NCBI RefSeq assembly: GCF_006345805.1
Contig: NC_043020.1
Location: 5,332,001-5,396,000 of the forward strand
DNA: 64,000 nucleotides
Direction of reading: 5' to 3'
Origin: Octopus sinensis
Lineage: Eukaryota
Below the pieces are notes generated by a model. The model worked only from the letters and a program-made list of their open reading frames with translations, was not told where the DNA came from and did no database searches. A program made the position numbers and the translations under genes. Of the stretch, positions 15,201-26,650 are shown piece by piece. Within the stretch, counting starts at the first letter, position 1. Every line of letters starts with the position of its first letter.

Positions 15201-18158
15201 AAAGGGTTAAGAGAAGCTATTTAAGAAAGGAAGAATGATTTTATTGCTGTTGAGGTCATCTTCACCTTTCATATCTTCAACATCAATACTAATGGGACAT
15301 GTGGAAATTCTACAGAGTGAAAAAGATTAACCCTTTTGTTACCATATTTCTGTTGAGATGCTCTGTCTTTCTTTCAATTAATTTTAAATATAACAAAGAA
15401 TTTTGTAAAATAACTCAGTTATCATTCAGCTAATGTTAGGAATGTAAATTGTGAACAAGGTTTGGTGGAAGATTCTAATTCAGAACTTATGAAAACTAGA
15501 CATCTGTACTACAGAGCCAGAGGCGGTTTCAGCCAGGTTGGTATTAAAAGGGTTAAGAGAAGCTATTTAAGAAAGGAAGAATGATTTTATTGCTGTTGAG
15601 GTCATCTTCACCTTTCATATCTTCAACATCAATACTAATGGGACATGTGGAAATTCCACAGAGCAAAAAAGATTAACCCTTTTGTTACAATATTTCTGTT
15701 GAGATGCTCTGTGTTTCTTTCAATTAATTTTAAATAAAACAAAGAATTTAGTAAAATAACTCAGTTATCATTAAGCTAGTGTTAAGAACATAAATTGCGA
15801 CTAAGGTTTGGTGGAAGATTTTAATTCAAAACTTATGAAAACAAGACTTTTGTACTACAGAGACAGAGCCGGTTTCACCACACAATGAATGGAGTAAAGA
15901 TTGTTTGCCAACATAACATGGCAGTCCTGGTTTAGGACGAATGTTGCTGTAATTTAGCCCCAGGAGACATCGTCTCCAGCTGGCTATACGACATAATCTG
16001 TGTCCTTATATTTTCAAACAAGGGAATCTAGCACCCCCACTCGGCTCAAAACAATATCTGTGAAGACAGGGTGACAGTAACATTCGTCCTAAACCAGGAC
16101 TGCCATGTTATGTTGGCAAATAATCTCTACTCCAAAGTACTGTAGCTGAATATCTCACGTTGTGAGATTTACCACACAATGAAATGTCTGAATGTTTTCC
16201 TTACCTGCTGGAATCGAATCTTTCTTCGTCTCTCTCGTTCTTCTCTGGTAATTTTTTCTGTCTCATCAACAGTCAGTTGATAAGAAATGTCCAATTTAAT
16301 CACTGGAAATATAAAATTATATAACTTTAGCTGTCATCATTAACCCTTTTGTTACCATATTTATTTTGAGATGCTCTGTTTCTTTCAATTAATTTTAAAT
16401 ATAACACAAAAATTAGTAAAATAACTTAGTTATCATTCAGCTGGTGTTAGGAACATAAATTGTGACTAAAGTTTGGTGGAAGATTTTAATTCAAAACTTA
16501 TGAAAACAAGACATCTGTACTACAGAGCCAGAAGTGGTTTCAGCCAGGTTGGTAACGAAAGGGTTAAGAGAAGCTATTTAAGAAAGGAAGAATGATTTTA
16601 TTGCTGTTGAGGTCATCTTCACCTTTCATATCTTCAACATCAATACTAATGGGACATGTGGAAATTCCACAAAGCGAAAAAGATTAACCCTTTTGTTACC
16701 ATATTTCTGTTGAGATGCTCTGTCTTTCTTTCAATTAATTTTAAATATAACAAAGAATTTAGTAAAATAGCTTAGTTATCATTAAAACTAGTGTTAGGAA
16801 CATAAAAAGTGACTAAGCTTTGGTGGAAAATTTTAATTCAAAACTTGTGAAAACAAGACATTTGTACTCAGAGTCAGGACTGGTTTCAGCCGGGTTGGTA
16901 TCAAAAGGGTTAAGGCATTCTATCCATGACCCTCAAATTTATTTATTTTGTTTTCAGGCATAGTGTATTTACATTAGTATATCTAAATCACATGTAGGGA
17001 CATGGTATTTCATTAGGCAATCGTAATAAACTACAAAGTATAATAAACACCTTTGTAAGTGAATACCATGATCTACTGTGTTAGCAGTGCTACTACATCA
17101 CTTGTAAAGGTAGTCTCTCCAGTTTTCTATAGAAATTACGGTCAGCACAAATTTTGTTATAATTGTTTTGTATCCAAGACACTAGTCAATACCGGTCAAT
17201 TGTATAGGCAGTACTAGTACATCATTCGTTAAGCTTATCTCTACACGATCAGCGTTGGAAATTGTATACGTTCCCATCACCATTTGATGTGGTTAGTCAG
17301 ATCTGGATTGTATCAGAATGCTAAAAAAGTACCTGTTCAGATTCCAAATCCCTATTCCTTTATGTTTGATATATACATATACATATTTCTTTATTAACCA
17401 TAAGGGGCTAAACACAGAGGGGACAAACAAGGACAGACAAACGGATTAAGTCGATTACATTGACCCCAGTGCGTAACTGGTACTCAATTTATCGACCCCG
17501 AAAGGATGAAAGGCAAAGTCGACCTCGGTGGAATTTGAACTCGGAACGTAACGACAGACGAAATACGGCTATGCATTTCGCCTGGCGTGCTAACGTTTCT
17601 GCCAGCTCGCCGGCTTAATTATATATGTTATATATATACATATATAATTAGATAAAGATAGTTATGACTGGAGTTACAGCATCTTTTCAGATCTTGATGC
17701 CTGGTGGTTGTTAACTTCTCTATTGCTGGCGATAATTTCTGTACAAAATCCGGAGAGAAATTAGCATACACAATACATTACACAATACATGTATTTTTTC
17801 TGTTTTACGTACAGTGGGGTGAGATCTGATAGAGATTTGGCTGCTATTTCTAGCACATCGAATGAATGTAAACTTCCTATGTTAGGCACTACGCAAAATA
17901 ATGTTTTAGGGGTACTACACACTTAAAAACTATGGGAGATAGTCCAGGGCATTTCCAGGGACACCGTGGGAAAAAATCTGAAAAATCCCCGCAGGAGTGG
18001 CTGTGTGGTAAGTAGCTTGCTAACCAACCACATGGTTCCGGGTTCAGTCCCACTGCGTGGCATCTTGGGCAAGTGTCTTCTGCTATAGCCCTGGGCCGAC
18101 CAATGCCTTGTGAGTGGATTTGGTAGACGGAAACTGAAAGAAGCCTGTCGTATATATG

Positions 18159-18189
<31 letters not shown>

Positions 18190-19807
18190 TTGTGTGTCGG
18201 TGTTTGTCCCCCTAGCATTGCTTGACAACCGATGCTGGTGTGTTTACGTCCCCGTCACTTAGCGGTTCGGCAAAAGAGACCGATAAAATAAGTACTGGGC
18301 TTACAAAAGAATAAGTCCCGGGGTCGATTTGCTCGACTAAAGGCGGTGCTCCAGCATGGCCGCAGTCAAATGACTGAAACAAGTAAAAGAGTAAAACGGA
18401 GAAATTTCAACTTGTTGGTGTTTCCTAAGTCCGACGTCCGCCCATATTGCAAGAATTATCGATGGAAAATTTAACTCTTTTGTTACAAAAATTTCTGTGG
18501 AAATATGTTATTATTTTGTTTCTGTCAATTTAGAAAATAATGAAGAATTCAGTAAAATAGCTTAATTACCATTATTAAAACTGGCGTTTTAATTAATGAT
18601 GATAAATTAATATGGAATTTTGGTGGAAAGTTTTCGGTTAATATCTATCTTGATCCCTTCAAGACAAGAAAGTTTGTAGCAAAGAACCAGGAATCCGTTA
18701 GCTGATTAAATCGATTCCCGATACTTTATTTTATCGACCCTGAAAGGGCGAAAGACAAAACTGACCTCGGCGGGATTTGAACACCTATACGGAGCCAAAT
18801 ATTCATAACAACAACAACAACAATAATAATGGTTTCAAATTTTAGTACCAGGCCAGCAATTTTAGGGATGGAAATAAACCCATCAATTACATCGATCCCA
18901 GTGTTAAAATGATATTTTATCGACCTCGGCAATATTCGAACTCAGAACGTACAGACAGACAAAAATACCTATTTCTTTACTACCCACAAGGGGCTAAACA
19001 CAGAGAGGACAAACAAGGACAGACAAATGGATTAAGTCAATTATTTCGACCCCAGTGCATCACTGGTACTTATTTAATCGACTCCGAAAGGATGAAAGGC
19101 AAAGTCAACCTCGGCGGAATTTGAACTCGGAACGTAAAGACAGACGAAATACCTATTTCTTTACTACCCATAAGGGGCTAAACATAGAGGGGACAAACTG
19201 CGATGTTTCGTTTAGATCCTCTCTGTAAGACGATAAGGTGTGGTTTAAAGGATATTTATCTGCTATTTTTAGCAGGTTTAGTGACATTGTAAAAGTCCTT
19301 TGACGAACGATCTTTGATACTACTTAAATACAGAGGTCCCGATTGTGTGGACGTGTAATGACACCCTAATACCCCCCAAACTAACCCTAACTCTAAAAGT
19401 AACCCTAATCCGTCGACCTCGGCGGAATTTGAACTCAGAACGTAGCGGCCGACGAAATACCTATTTCTTTACTACCCACAAGGGGCTAAACACAGAGAGG
19501 ACAAACAAGGACAGACAAACGGATTAAGTCGATTGCATCGACTCCAGTGCGTAACTGGTACTTAATTTATCGACTCCGAAAGGACGAAAGGCAAAGTCGA
19601 CCTCGGCGGAATTTGAACCCAGAACGTAGCGGCCGACGAAATACCGTTAAGTATTTTGTCCAGCAATATAACAACAATTACAATAATTATAAATTAGAAG
19701 AATGAAACAACTTAACTGTCCGACCCGTCCAAGCTACAATGTCCCACACACGGAAATAACACGGAAATAGTAAAAGAAATACCAAAAGACGAATGGCTAT
19801 ACTTACT
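938..19807 (-). CDS. CEP295: Centrosomal protein 295 (KIAA1731/Ana1 family), N-terminal part; gene continues beyond left edge
   Basis: Phase-consistent GT-AG exons 16205-16302, 14739-14834, 13271-13375, 12005-12144, 9955-10049, 8536-8627, 8124-8267, 4094-4177, 938-1040 (first A of ATG probably at 19807). They give MIKLDISYQLTVDETEKITREERERRRKIRFQQVREI...KAALETEKARAMKIASLPQP..., matching the recalled CEP295/DDC8 N-terminal motifs ERRRKLRLLQVRE and EALLVEKERSAKITSLP. Confidence 0.88.
3110..3631 (+). mobile_element. Non-autonomous Helitron with duplicated 5' end
   Basis: a|TCTC..TATATATAAA start, subterminal hairpin gcactatgacc..ggtcatagtgc, CTAG|t end; first ~150 bp repeated at 3262. Confidence 0.8.
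3632..4043 (-). mobile_element. tRNA-derived SINE family A (CORE-like, internal microsatellite, AAAAGAGT tail)
   Basis: A box gtggctgtgtgg, B box ggttcagtccc; more than 20 copies or fragments in the window (e.g. 33-262, 338-500, 9141-9360, 21404-21860, 22975-23250, 24585-24870, 27598-27885, 29690-30160, 34619-34880, 36755-37005, 55580-55720, 59595-59932). Confidence 0.9.
4094..4177 (-). CDS. CEP295: CEP295 exon DSKMMMKEISFIQKKQTRQRQKNLAKIP
   Basis: ttccag / gtaagt, 84 nt, phase 0-0. Confidence 0.85.
4585..4808. mobile_element. piggyBac-type MITE family 1
   Basis: TTAA|CCCTTTCGTTAC...GTAATGAAAGGG|TTAA; other copies at 14981-16913, about 18470-18690, 35665-35756, 58995-59031. Confidence 0.8.
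5195..5350 (+). mobile_element. RTE LINE 3' fragment
   Basis: Degenerate W.W.GH.LR...WNP.G.R..G motif (aagtgggatgggatgggccacacctcaaggaaa...acttggaacccaca). Confidence 0.55.
5796..6186 (+). mobile_element. SINE family A, full length
   Basis: Collinear with other copies. Confidence 0.9.
7126..7487 (+). mobile_element. tRNA-derived SINE family D
   Basis: gtggaggcgcaatggcccagtggttagggcag...ggtttcgattc head; related copies at 20615-20790, 52865-53090, 29270-29490 (-), 59045-59225 (-). Confidence 0.75.
8124..8267 (-). CDS. CEP295: CEP295 exon VKDGYLAAQAQD...IELLNR
   Basis: tttcag / gtaagt, 144 nt, phase 0-0. Confidence 0.85.
8536..8627 (-). CDS. CEP295: CEP295 exon (T)VPAKKNKT...HDKKS
   Basis: cttcag / gtaagg, 92 nt, phase 1-0, bridges neighbouring exons. 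Confidence 0.8.
9955..10049 (-). CDS. CEP295: CEP295 exon KAALETEKARAMKIASLPQPEKNIFEEVKQL
   Basis: cctcag / gtaagt, 95 nt, phase 2-1; conserved motif. Confidence 0.9.
12005..12144 (-). CDS. CEP295: CEP295 exon DDPDIAKRR...KHIIS(R)
   Basis: ttctag / gtaaac, 140 nt, phase 0-2. Confidence 0.87.
12405..12792 (-). mobile_element. SINE family A
   Basis: Collinear with other copies. Confidence 0.9.
13271..13375 (-). CDS. CEP295: CEP295 exon EDLNKEKSEKIAELTECYRQSISNIGHAQRLAAQK
   Basis: tccaag / gtaagt, 105 nt, phase 0-0. Confidence 0.88.
14739..14834 (-). CDS. CEP295: CEP295 exon VREISKTNAAKVRKAVTKTKVKELNKLFNTIN
   Basis: ttttag / gtaagt, 96 nt, phase 0-0. Confidence 0.88.
14981..15877. mobile_element. 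Array of three piggyBac-type MITEs with identical ~116 bp spacers
   Basis: TTAA-bounded copies 14981-15210, 15327-15556, 15673-15877 (truncated). Confidence 0.85.
15890..16134. mobile_element. MITE with ~70 bp TIRs
   Basis: tggagtaaagattgtttgccaacataacatggcagtcctggtttaggacgaatgtt and its reverse complement at the right end. Confidence 0.85.
16205..16302 (-). CDS. CEP295: CEP295 first conserved coding exon (M)IKLDISYQLTVDETEKITREERERRRKIRFQQ
   Basis: ttccag / gtaagg, 98 nt, phase 1-0; ERRRK.R..Q signature. Confidence 0.9.
16340..16913. mobile_element. MITE-spacer-MITE composite (same spacer as 15210-15327)
   Basis: TTAA-bounded copies 16340-16567 and 16684-16913. Confidence 0.85.
17385..17617 (-). 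mobile_element. SINE family B (central domain gcctttcatcctttcggggtcgataaattaagtacc, Nin/Deu-like)
   Basis: Head ggcgagctggcagaaacgttagc, B box gagttcaaattcc; other copies at 1515-1738, 9362-9590, 10952-11180, 33818-34050, 49643-49810, 51738-51967, 55998-56150. Confidence 0.85.
17678..17738 (-). other. Possible alternative CEP295 5' exon
   Basis: Good branch point and acceptor (gctaat-ttctctccggattttgtacag); weak donor gtaact; roughly 60 nt, end uncertain. Confidence 0.35.
17990..18395 (+). mobile_element. SINE family A, full length
   Basis: Collinear with other copies. Confidence 0.9.
18920..19665 (-). mobile_element. Two tandem concatemers of SINE family B
   Basis: 18920-19197 and 19412-19665 with gaaatac|ctatttc junctions. 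Confidence 0.82.
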
Positions 19808-19859
19808 TTTTTGTTTCTGGTTTATGTCCTTAACTTCAGACAAGGACGAACATTTGTAT
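19807..19859 (-). other. CEP295: CEP295 5' UTR exon contributing the A of the ATG
   Basis: ttttctttag / gtaagt; ends CAAAAAA; contains a short uORF ATGTTCGTCCTTGTCTGA. Confidence 0.65.
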
Positions 19860-20329
19860 CTAAAGAAAACCCCACAAAATAACAAACTTTGCGCTTCTTT
19901 TTAAATTCCCAAAAGTTTCTTTTCATAATTAAAACAACAAAACCGTTTCAGTGTTATTAAAACCCACAACAGCAGGGTTTAATCATAGGTTTAATTACTG
20001 TGTCCTCTACGACTAGATAATAAAACCGTGTTAATTTCACTTGGAAACATCAACAAATGGCTTAGAGACCTCCAAGGACTGGTCCAGACACGACGTCGTT
20101 AAGACAAACCTACTCCTGTGTCTGACATCGCAATTAAAGACACCGACGTCATAATTACCCGGACCCGATGTCTTAGTTAAGACGTCCTAGCCCTGGTCCT
20201 AGTCCTAGTCCTAAATTCCTCGGTTTACAATCTATCCTGTTTAAAGACCGAACAATATTCGTTTCGTCATTGTGAATAAAAGTGTTTATATCGTTCACGA
20301 CATTTTTAAATGGTTTGAATTTCGTAACT

Positions 20330-20400
20330 ATAGAGTGCTGCGCATGCGTCAGTAACTGCCGGATGTCCGCTCGCTTAGATCGTTGCTTAGATCAAAGCGT
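20330..20400 (-). promoter_or_regulatory. Putative CEP295 promoter
   Basis: CpG-retaining, repeat-free island 20.0-20.45 kb with NRF1-like TGCGCATGCG (20339-20348) and ETS-like CCGGATGT (20359-20366). Confidence 0.5.
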
Positions 20401-22223
20401 CATTAGAAACCAACGTTTGGTGAAAATTTGAGTGAAGACGCTCTTGTCCGTGCCTATCTTCTATCGTTTGTCTTTTGTATAAATTATCGGACTGTGGCCA
20501 TGCTGGGGCACCACCTTGAGCGATTTTAATCGAACAAATCGACCTCAGGACTTTCTTTTTATTTTATTTTATTTTATTTTGAAATCTGGTACTTACTCAA
20601 AATCGGTCTCAGCAGTGGAGGCGTAATAGCCCAGTGGTTAGGGCAGCGGACTCGCGGTTTCGATTCCCAGACCGGGCTTTGTGTGTGTTTATTGAACGAT
20701 AACACCTAAAAGTTCCACGCGGCTCTGGCAGCGGGGTGGGTGGCGACCCCTGTTGTACTCTTTCGCTCAAACTTTCTCTCAGTCTTTCTTCCTGTTTCTT
20801 GTGCCCGACTTCCTACGCAGCCGCTGAGCCTGGATGCGCATCCATCCATCCGTCGATGCTCTCGGTGTCGGGGGTTGACCTGCTTTCTCTTCTGCGGGTC
20901 TTACGAATAGCAAAGGACCACATTTCAGACTTCTCCCACTACAAGGACGAAGACCGCTACGCTCAACAACAACACTCAACAGCAGCAGCAGTAATGGCAA
21001 CAGAGTAAACAAACGAAGCTCATTGCTCTAAAATGTGCATCTTTGGTCAACTAAGCACAACTCTGATCGAATATTCTTCCGTCTAAAACTGCATCCAATG
21101 CTATGATTCCACCCAAAAATACAAACCCTTACAGCTTTCTTTCAACTTCATCCAGTTAATCTCTGACTCAATATTTCTCTATTATTTCAGAACAGTCACC
21201 CCACCCCCCAATAAACATACCATTTTATATTCGTTCTTCCCTCGTTCATTACTGTTCTTATTTAAACCGATATCCATTGTTCGGAAATCTTTCGTGACAC
21301 CTCTGTGACCTCTTCGGCGACACTTTCCGTCCTCGTGTGAGGGCATGAGTTCAAATAAGAACAGTAATAAACGAGTGAAGAACGAACATATAATGTGTGT
21401 TCATTTACTCTTTTACTTGTTTCAGTCATTTGACTGCGCCCATGCTGGAGCACCGCCTTTAGTCGAGCAAATCGACCCGAGGACTTATTCATTGTAAGCC
21501 TAGTACTTATTTTATCGGTCTCTCTTTTGCCGAACCGGTAAGTTACGGGGACTAGACACACCAGCATCGGTTGTCAACAAGCGATGTTGGGAGGACAAAC
21601 ACACACACATTATATAAATATATATATATATAATGTGTGTTCATTTAAATGGCGGTGCCCCAGCATGGCCACAGCTCATTAGCTGAAACTGGAAAAATCA
21701 AAATCAAAATCATATACATATATATACGACGAGCTTCTTTCAGTTTCCATCTACCAAATCCACTCACAAGGCTTTGGTCGGCCCATATAGTACAAGAGAC
21801 CTGCCCAAGGTGCCACGCAATGGGACTGAACCCGGAACCATGTGGTTGGTAAGCAAGCTAGTACAATAGGATTTTTTAAACATGGAATGGTTATAAGGGT
21901 CCATTCGAGTAAACTAGGAATGAAGGAGATCCATAGGTAAATACCTGGCTGACAATCACTGTGGTAAATCGTTGATTAGATTATTTGCTGGTGCATTTGC
22001 CCCGTGGAGTTCAAAAGCCGCTGGTATAGTCAAGTTACTTCAATGAGGATCGCATATTTTGACCGATCGGACAGTCACAAATATTTTGCTTCGAAATGTT
22101 TGATGAATATCCTTGCTTTATCTTTGAGAACTTTATAGTCTTGTAAAACGTTGCTTTGTACAGATGGCTTAATACGTTCGAAGAACTGCAGCTATTACAA
22201 GTGGTAATTGATTCATAAGAGAG

Positions 22224-22735
22224 TACTGTAAATCTTCGAGTATAGTCCGCCCTTGAGTATAATGGGCAGGGGATTTTTAGGGAGCTGTACCTCTGAAAAA
22301 CCTAAACCTTGTGTGGCACCCCTTCTCTCACTTGAGTTAAGGAGGTCTATATAACGTCCTTGGTTTGTAAAAATGTATTCAGTAACGTCCTTTATTATTA
22401 TTGTATATATAACATAATGCAAACGTGTAGCTTTTTTGTGCATTTTGTTTGCAGAAAATAAAGAAATAACAGTAATAACGTTTAATAAATGTTGCTTGCT
22501 GCAAGTTATGGATGATTCTTTTATGACTTCATTGCTTTCAGGCTTAGCTTAAGGTATTTTCGCGCCCGACATCACAAAATGCGTCTGAATAAAAATATTG
22601 CCGGACAGAAAATAGAGACTCGGACATTGCTTAGAAAATATTTTAAATTTTTAACCTCGTATATAGTACGCACTAAGGATTTTGACCTTTAAATTTTGGG
22701 GAAAAAATGCGGATTATACTCGAGGATTGACGGTA
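22224..22735. mobile_element. Tc1/mariner-pogo (Tigger-like) non-autonomous element
   Basis: TA|ctgtaaatcttcgagtatagtccgc ... gcggattatactcgaggattgacgg|TA. Confidence 0.75.
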
Positions 22736-23289
22736 AGCTATTTTCAATTGAAAGAAACGAGTTATTCCCCTTGGACGAGATAGTACAACGTAGCTCTTAA
22801 CTTTATATGTCGACGCCTGGGAGTTCATATAAGATTGTGGCGGGGTCACACAAGCAAAATGGTAAATTGGGGTCCCACAGTTGTATATTAAAGGTCTATG
22901 AATGAATTATGCTTTATATGTATTTATTGCAACAAACAGCTTGGTTTCTTTCCTTACCGTTTTTATCGAATAAATCGATCCAAACATCTTTTCTAAAAGC
23001 CTAGTACTTATTCTATCGGCCTCGTTTGCCGAATCGCTAAGTTACAGGGACGTAAACACACCAACACCGATTGTCAAGCGGTGGTGGTGGTACAAACACG
23101 AACACATACGACAGGTTTCTTTCAGTTTCCGTCAACCAAATCCACTCACAGGGCTTTGGTCGGCCCGAAGCTATAGTAGAAGACACTTGACCAAGGTGCA
23201 ACGCAGTGGGACTGAACCCGGAACCATGTGAATGGGAAGCAAACTTCTTACCAAACAACAATTAAAAATTTTTTTTTTCTATATCTTTC

Positions 23290-23704
23290 GGATCTTTTCG
23301 GTTTGAACAGCAGTTTTTTAAAAATAATTTCCACGTAACTAAACACTTTTAAACTTCGTATACTGGTAGAATGTGTTTATAAAACATCTTTTTCTCTTGG
23401 CTTTATTGAGAAAATTCTATAGTTTGTAAGATATTTGTTGTTTTTCTTTTCTTCAATTTCTGCAATTTCAACCAATCAATGACGTCCATTGAGGTAAGAA
23501 ACATTCCGTACCGTATGAATATGTCCCTCGTTTAAGAAACAGATTGGGTTTATTTACATTTGTGAAGAAAAAAAGATACCCTTCCCCCCACCCCTAACCC
23601 TAAAACAAATTGAAATGCAATAGATCGATACTAGGGTCATAATTATGGGTGACAATTTCATATGACACCGCTAGAAAAAACTGCCGTTCAAACCGAAAGG
23701 ATCC
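23290..23704. mobile_element. Non-autonomous DNA transposon with ~28 bp TIRs and internal CCCTAA motif
   Basis: ggatcttttcggtttgaacagcagtttt...aaaactgccgttcaaaccgaaaggatcc; partial copy 7722-7915. Confidence 0.8.
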
Positions 23705-25732
23705 TTTTTTTCTCCAATTATCTGTTCTATTGACAGTGGAAGAACTGACAGACCCCTAACCTGTACCCTTTCTTCGCTTCCTTTTCAATTGCACCAACTA
23801 TTGTTGGTTTATTTGTACAAAAGCAGCGCCATACAAAGACAACCCTTTCCGCCAAACCTAGTGGCTTTTAACATTTGTTCTTTATCCTCCTTCGGAATCG
23901 ATAAATTAAGTACCAGTTGTGTACTGAGGTTGATCTAATCGACTGGTTCCCCCAAATTTCGGGCCTTGTGTCTAGAGTAGAAAAGATTTGCACACGCGCA
24001 CGCACGCCTGAGACCAAGGGAAATAACTCGTCTGTCAGGTGAAAATAGGTCACAATTATAAGCTGCCATCGCCTCGACCAATTCCAGAACTCCTCACGTG
24101 CCCAGAACACAGGTATTAAATTTGGATGCGTTACCTCCTGAGTTCAACTTTGTCTTTCATCCTTTCAGGGTCAATAAATTAAGTACCAGTTACGTACTGT
24201 GGTTGATTTAATCAACTGGCCCCCTCCCCAAAAATTTCAGGCCTTGTGCCTAGAGTAGAAAAGAATATTTCTACAGATTGGATCATTTTTTTTCTTCCTT
24301 TTTTTCTCTTATCTTTCACTCCTATTCACAGACCTTCATGAACAGTATCAATGCCTACCTGAAAATGGTTAGACCAATCAGCTGATTTATTTATGGTTGA
24401 GGCAGCAACTTCAGAGGAAGTGTGCAAGTCTTCCTGCAAAATAGATTCTAGAATCTTCCAGGTTGACCGTAATTTAAAGGTGAGAAAATCCAGCATTGAG
24501 CAGAGCTGAATTTGTATAGATTGGGTCTTCCTCCACCCATCGTCCAGTAATCTCTCTTCTCTCCTATTCACTGTACCATTACTCTCATACTTGTTTCAAT
24601 CATTTGACTGTGGCCATGATGGAGCACTGCCTTTAGTCGAAAAAAATCGACCCCAGGAGTTATTCGACTGCTAAATTACGGGGACGTAAACACACCGGCA
24701 TCGGTTGTCAAGCGATGTTGGAGGGGACAAACACAGACACACATATATATATATACATATATATGACAGGCTTCTTTCAGTTTCCGTCTACCAAATCCAC
24801 TCACAAGGCTATAGTAGAAGACACTTGCCCAAGGTGCCACACAGTGGGACTGAACCCAGAACCATGTGGGTGGTAGGTGTGGTTATTTTTAAAACATATA
24901 GTTACCAGATACGCAGAACAACCAAACAAGAAGATAGGACCACAAACCACACTAAAAATTGTGATGAGAAGGGTGCCTAGAGCACCATCCGAGCGGCTAA
25001 CTGGCTTCTGTGCCGGTGGCAAGTAAAAGGCACCATTTGAGCATGATCGTTACCAGCTTCGCCTTACTGGCACCTGTGCCGGTGGCATGTGTAAGAAGAT
25101 TTGAGCGAGGTCATTGCCAGTACTGCCTGACTGGCCCCCGTGCTGGTGGCATGTAAAAAGCACCCACTACACTCTCAGAGTGGTTGGTGTTAGGAAGGGC
25201 ATCCAGATGTAGAAACTCTGCCAGATCAGATTGGAGCCTGGTGCAGCCATCTGGTTTTTTTCGCCAGCCCTCAGTCAAAATCGTCCAACCCATGCTAGCA
25301 TGGAAAGCAGACGTTAAACGATGATGATGATGATGATGATGATGAATGTGAATAAATTAGCATTACATTAGACAGGCTCATTTGAATGCAGAAGAGTTAA
25401 AGGTGGGTTGCATTGATTCGTATAATATATCTTATTTTCCTCCATATGTGAGTCAGTTGCCTTTCCCTTGGACAACATTGGCGGCGTGGAGGGAGGAGGC
25501 TGGCATGCATGGGTGACTGCTGGTCTTCCATAATACAACCTTGCCTGGACTCGTGCCTTGGAGGGGAACATTCTAGGTTCAATCCCAGCGTCATTCATGA
25601 CCGAAGGGGGCCCCTTTGTGTTTTTATATAAATGACATCAACTCATATATTATGTACAATACAGATATACTTATATTAGCAAAAATATATATTCTGGCAT
25701 GAAAGAAAAAGGCACAAAGTATCCAAGTCAAT

Positions 25733-25764
25733 ATATATACACACATAAGCGGTGTGTGTGTGTG

Positions 25765-25800
<36 letters not shown>

Positions 25801-25851
25801 GTGTGTATATATATATGTGTATATATATATGTGTATATATATATATATATA

Positions 25852-25884
<33 letters not shown>

Positions 25885-25966
25885 CGTATATATATATATA
25901 TATACATATGTATATGTATATATGTATATGTATATATGTATATGTATATATATGTATATATATATG

Positions 25967-26019
<53 letters not shown>

Positions 26020-26190
26020 GTGTGTATATATATATATGTGTGTATATATATATGTGTGTATATATATATATATGTGTATATATATATATGTATATATATA
26101 TAGTATATATATATATATGTGTATATATATATGTGTATATATATATATGTATAAATATATATATATATATATATAATATATATATATAAT
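25733..26190. repeat. Long (TA)n/(TATG)n microsatellite
   Basis: Direct inspection; similar tract at 26590-26910. Confidence 0.95.
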
Positions 26191-26598
26191 CATTTAATGT
26201 TCATCTTCCATGCTGGCATGGGTTGGACAGTTTGTCAGCAGCTAGGGTAGTAAGCCGTTTGAAGTGGACAAAATGTTTGGTTGGCACGGTGGTCAAGATG
26301 AAAAGCAAAATTAAGCCACAGACAGGACGGCAGACAAACACACACACACACACACACAGGAAGTGATACAAACTTGACCAGTTGTCCACTAAAGGTCAAG
26401 GTGGTTTCATAATGACCTTGACCATCAGTCGACAACTGACTTGTTTGGTTTCTTTACTTTTTGTATCTTGTTCTGGGTGCTTTACCTGTTGTCCATACTT
26501 GATTGATGTCTGTGTGTGTGTGTCTATATATATATATAATTTATACACATGCACATAAATACACACGTACATATGATTCATATAAGTCTTAGATATAA

Positions 26599-26650
<52 letters not shown>

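Noticed and set aside
14981-16913. Repeat-spacer pattern resembling a CRISPR array
   Set aside because: Repeats are ~230 bp TTAA-bounded MITEs, spacers are identical, the context is a eukaryotic intron and there are no cas genes.
19368-19410. Telomeric repeat or chromosome end
   Set aside because: Only 2-3 degenerate CCCTAA units, internal.
20041-20185. Open frame in phase with CEP295 (DVLTKTSG...PFVDVSK)
   Set aside because: In-frame TAG upstream, no ATG, weak donor; treated as UTR or intron.
25624-26193. Long YI/IY/VC-repeat ORFs (also at 125-601, 46535-47819, 52239-52707)
   Set aside because: Translations of (TA)n/(TG)n/(CA)n microsatellites; not proteins.
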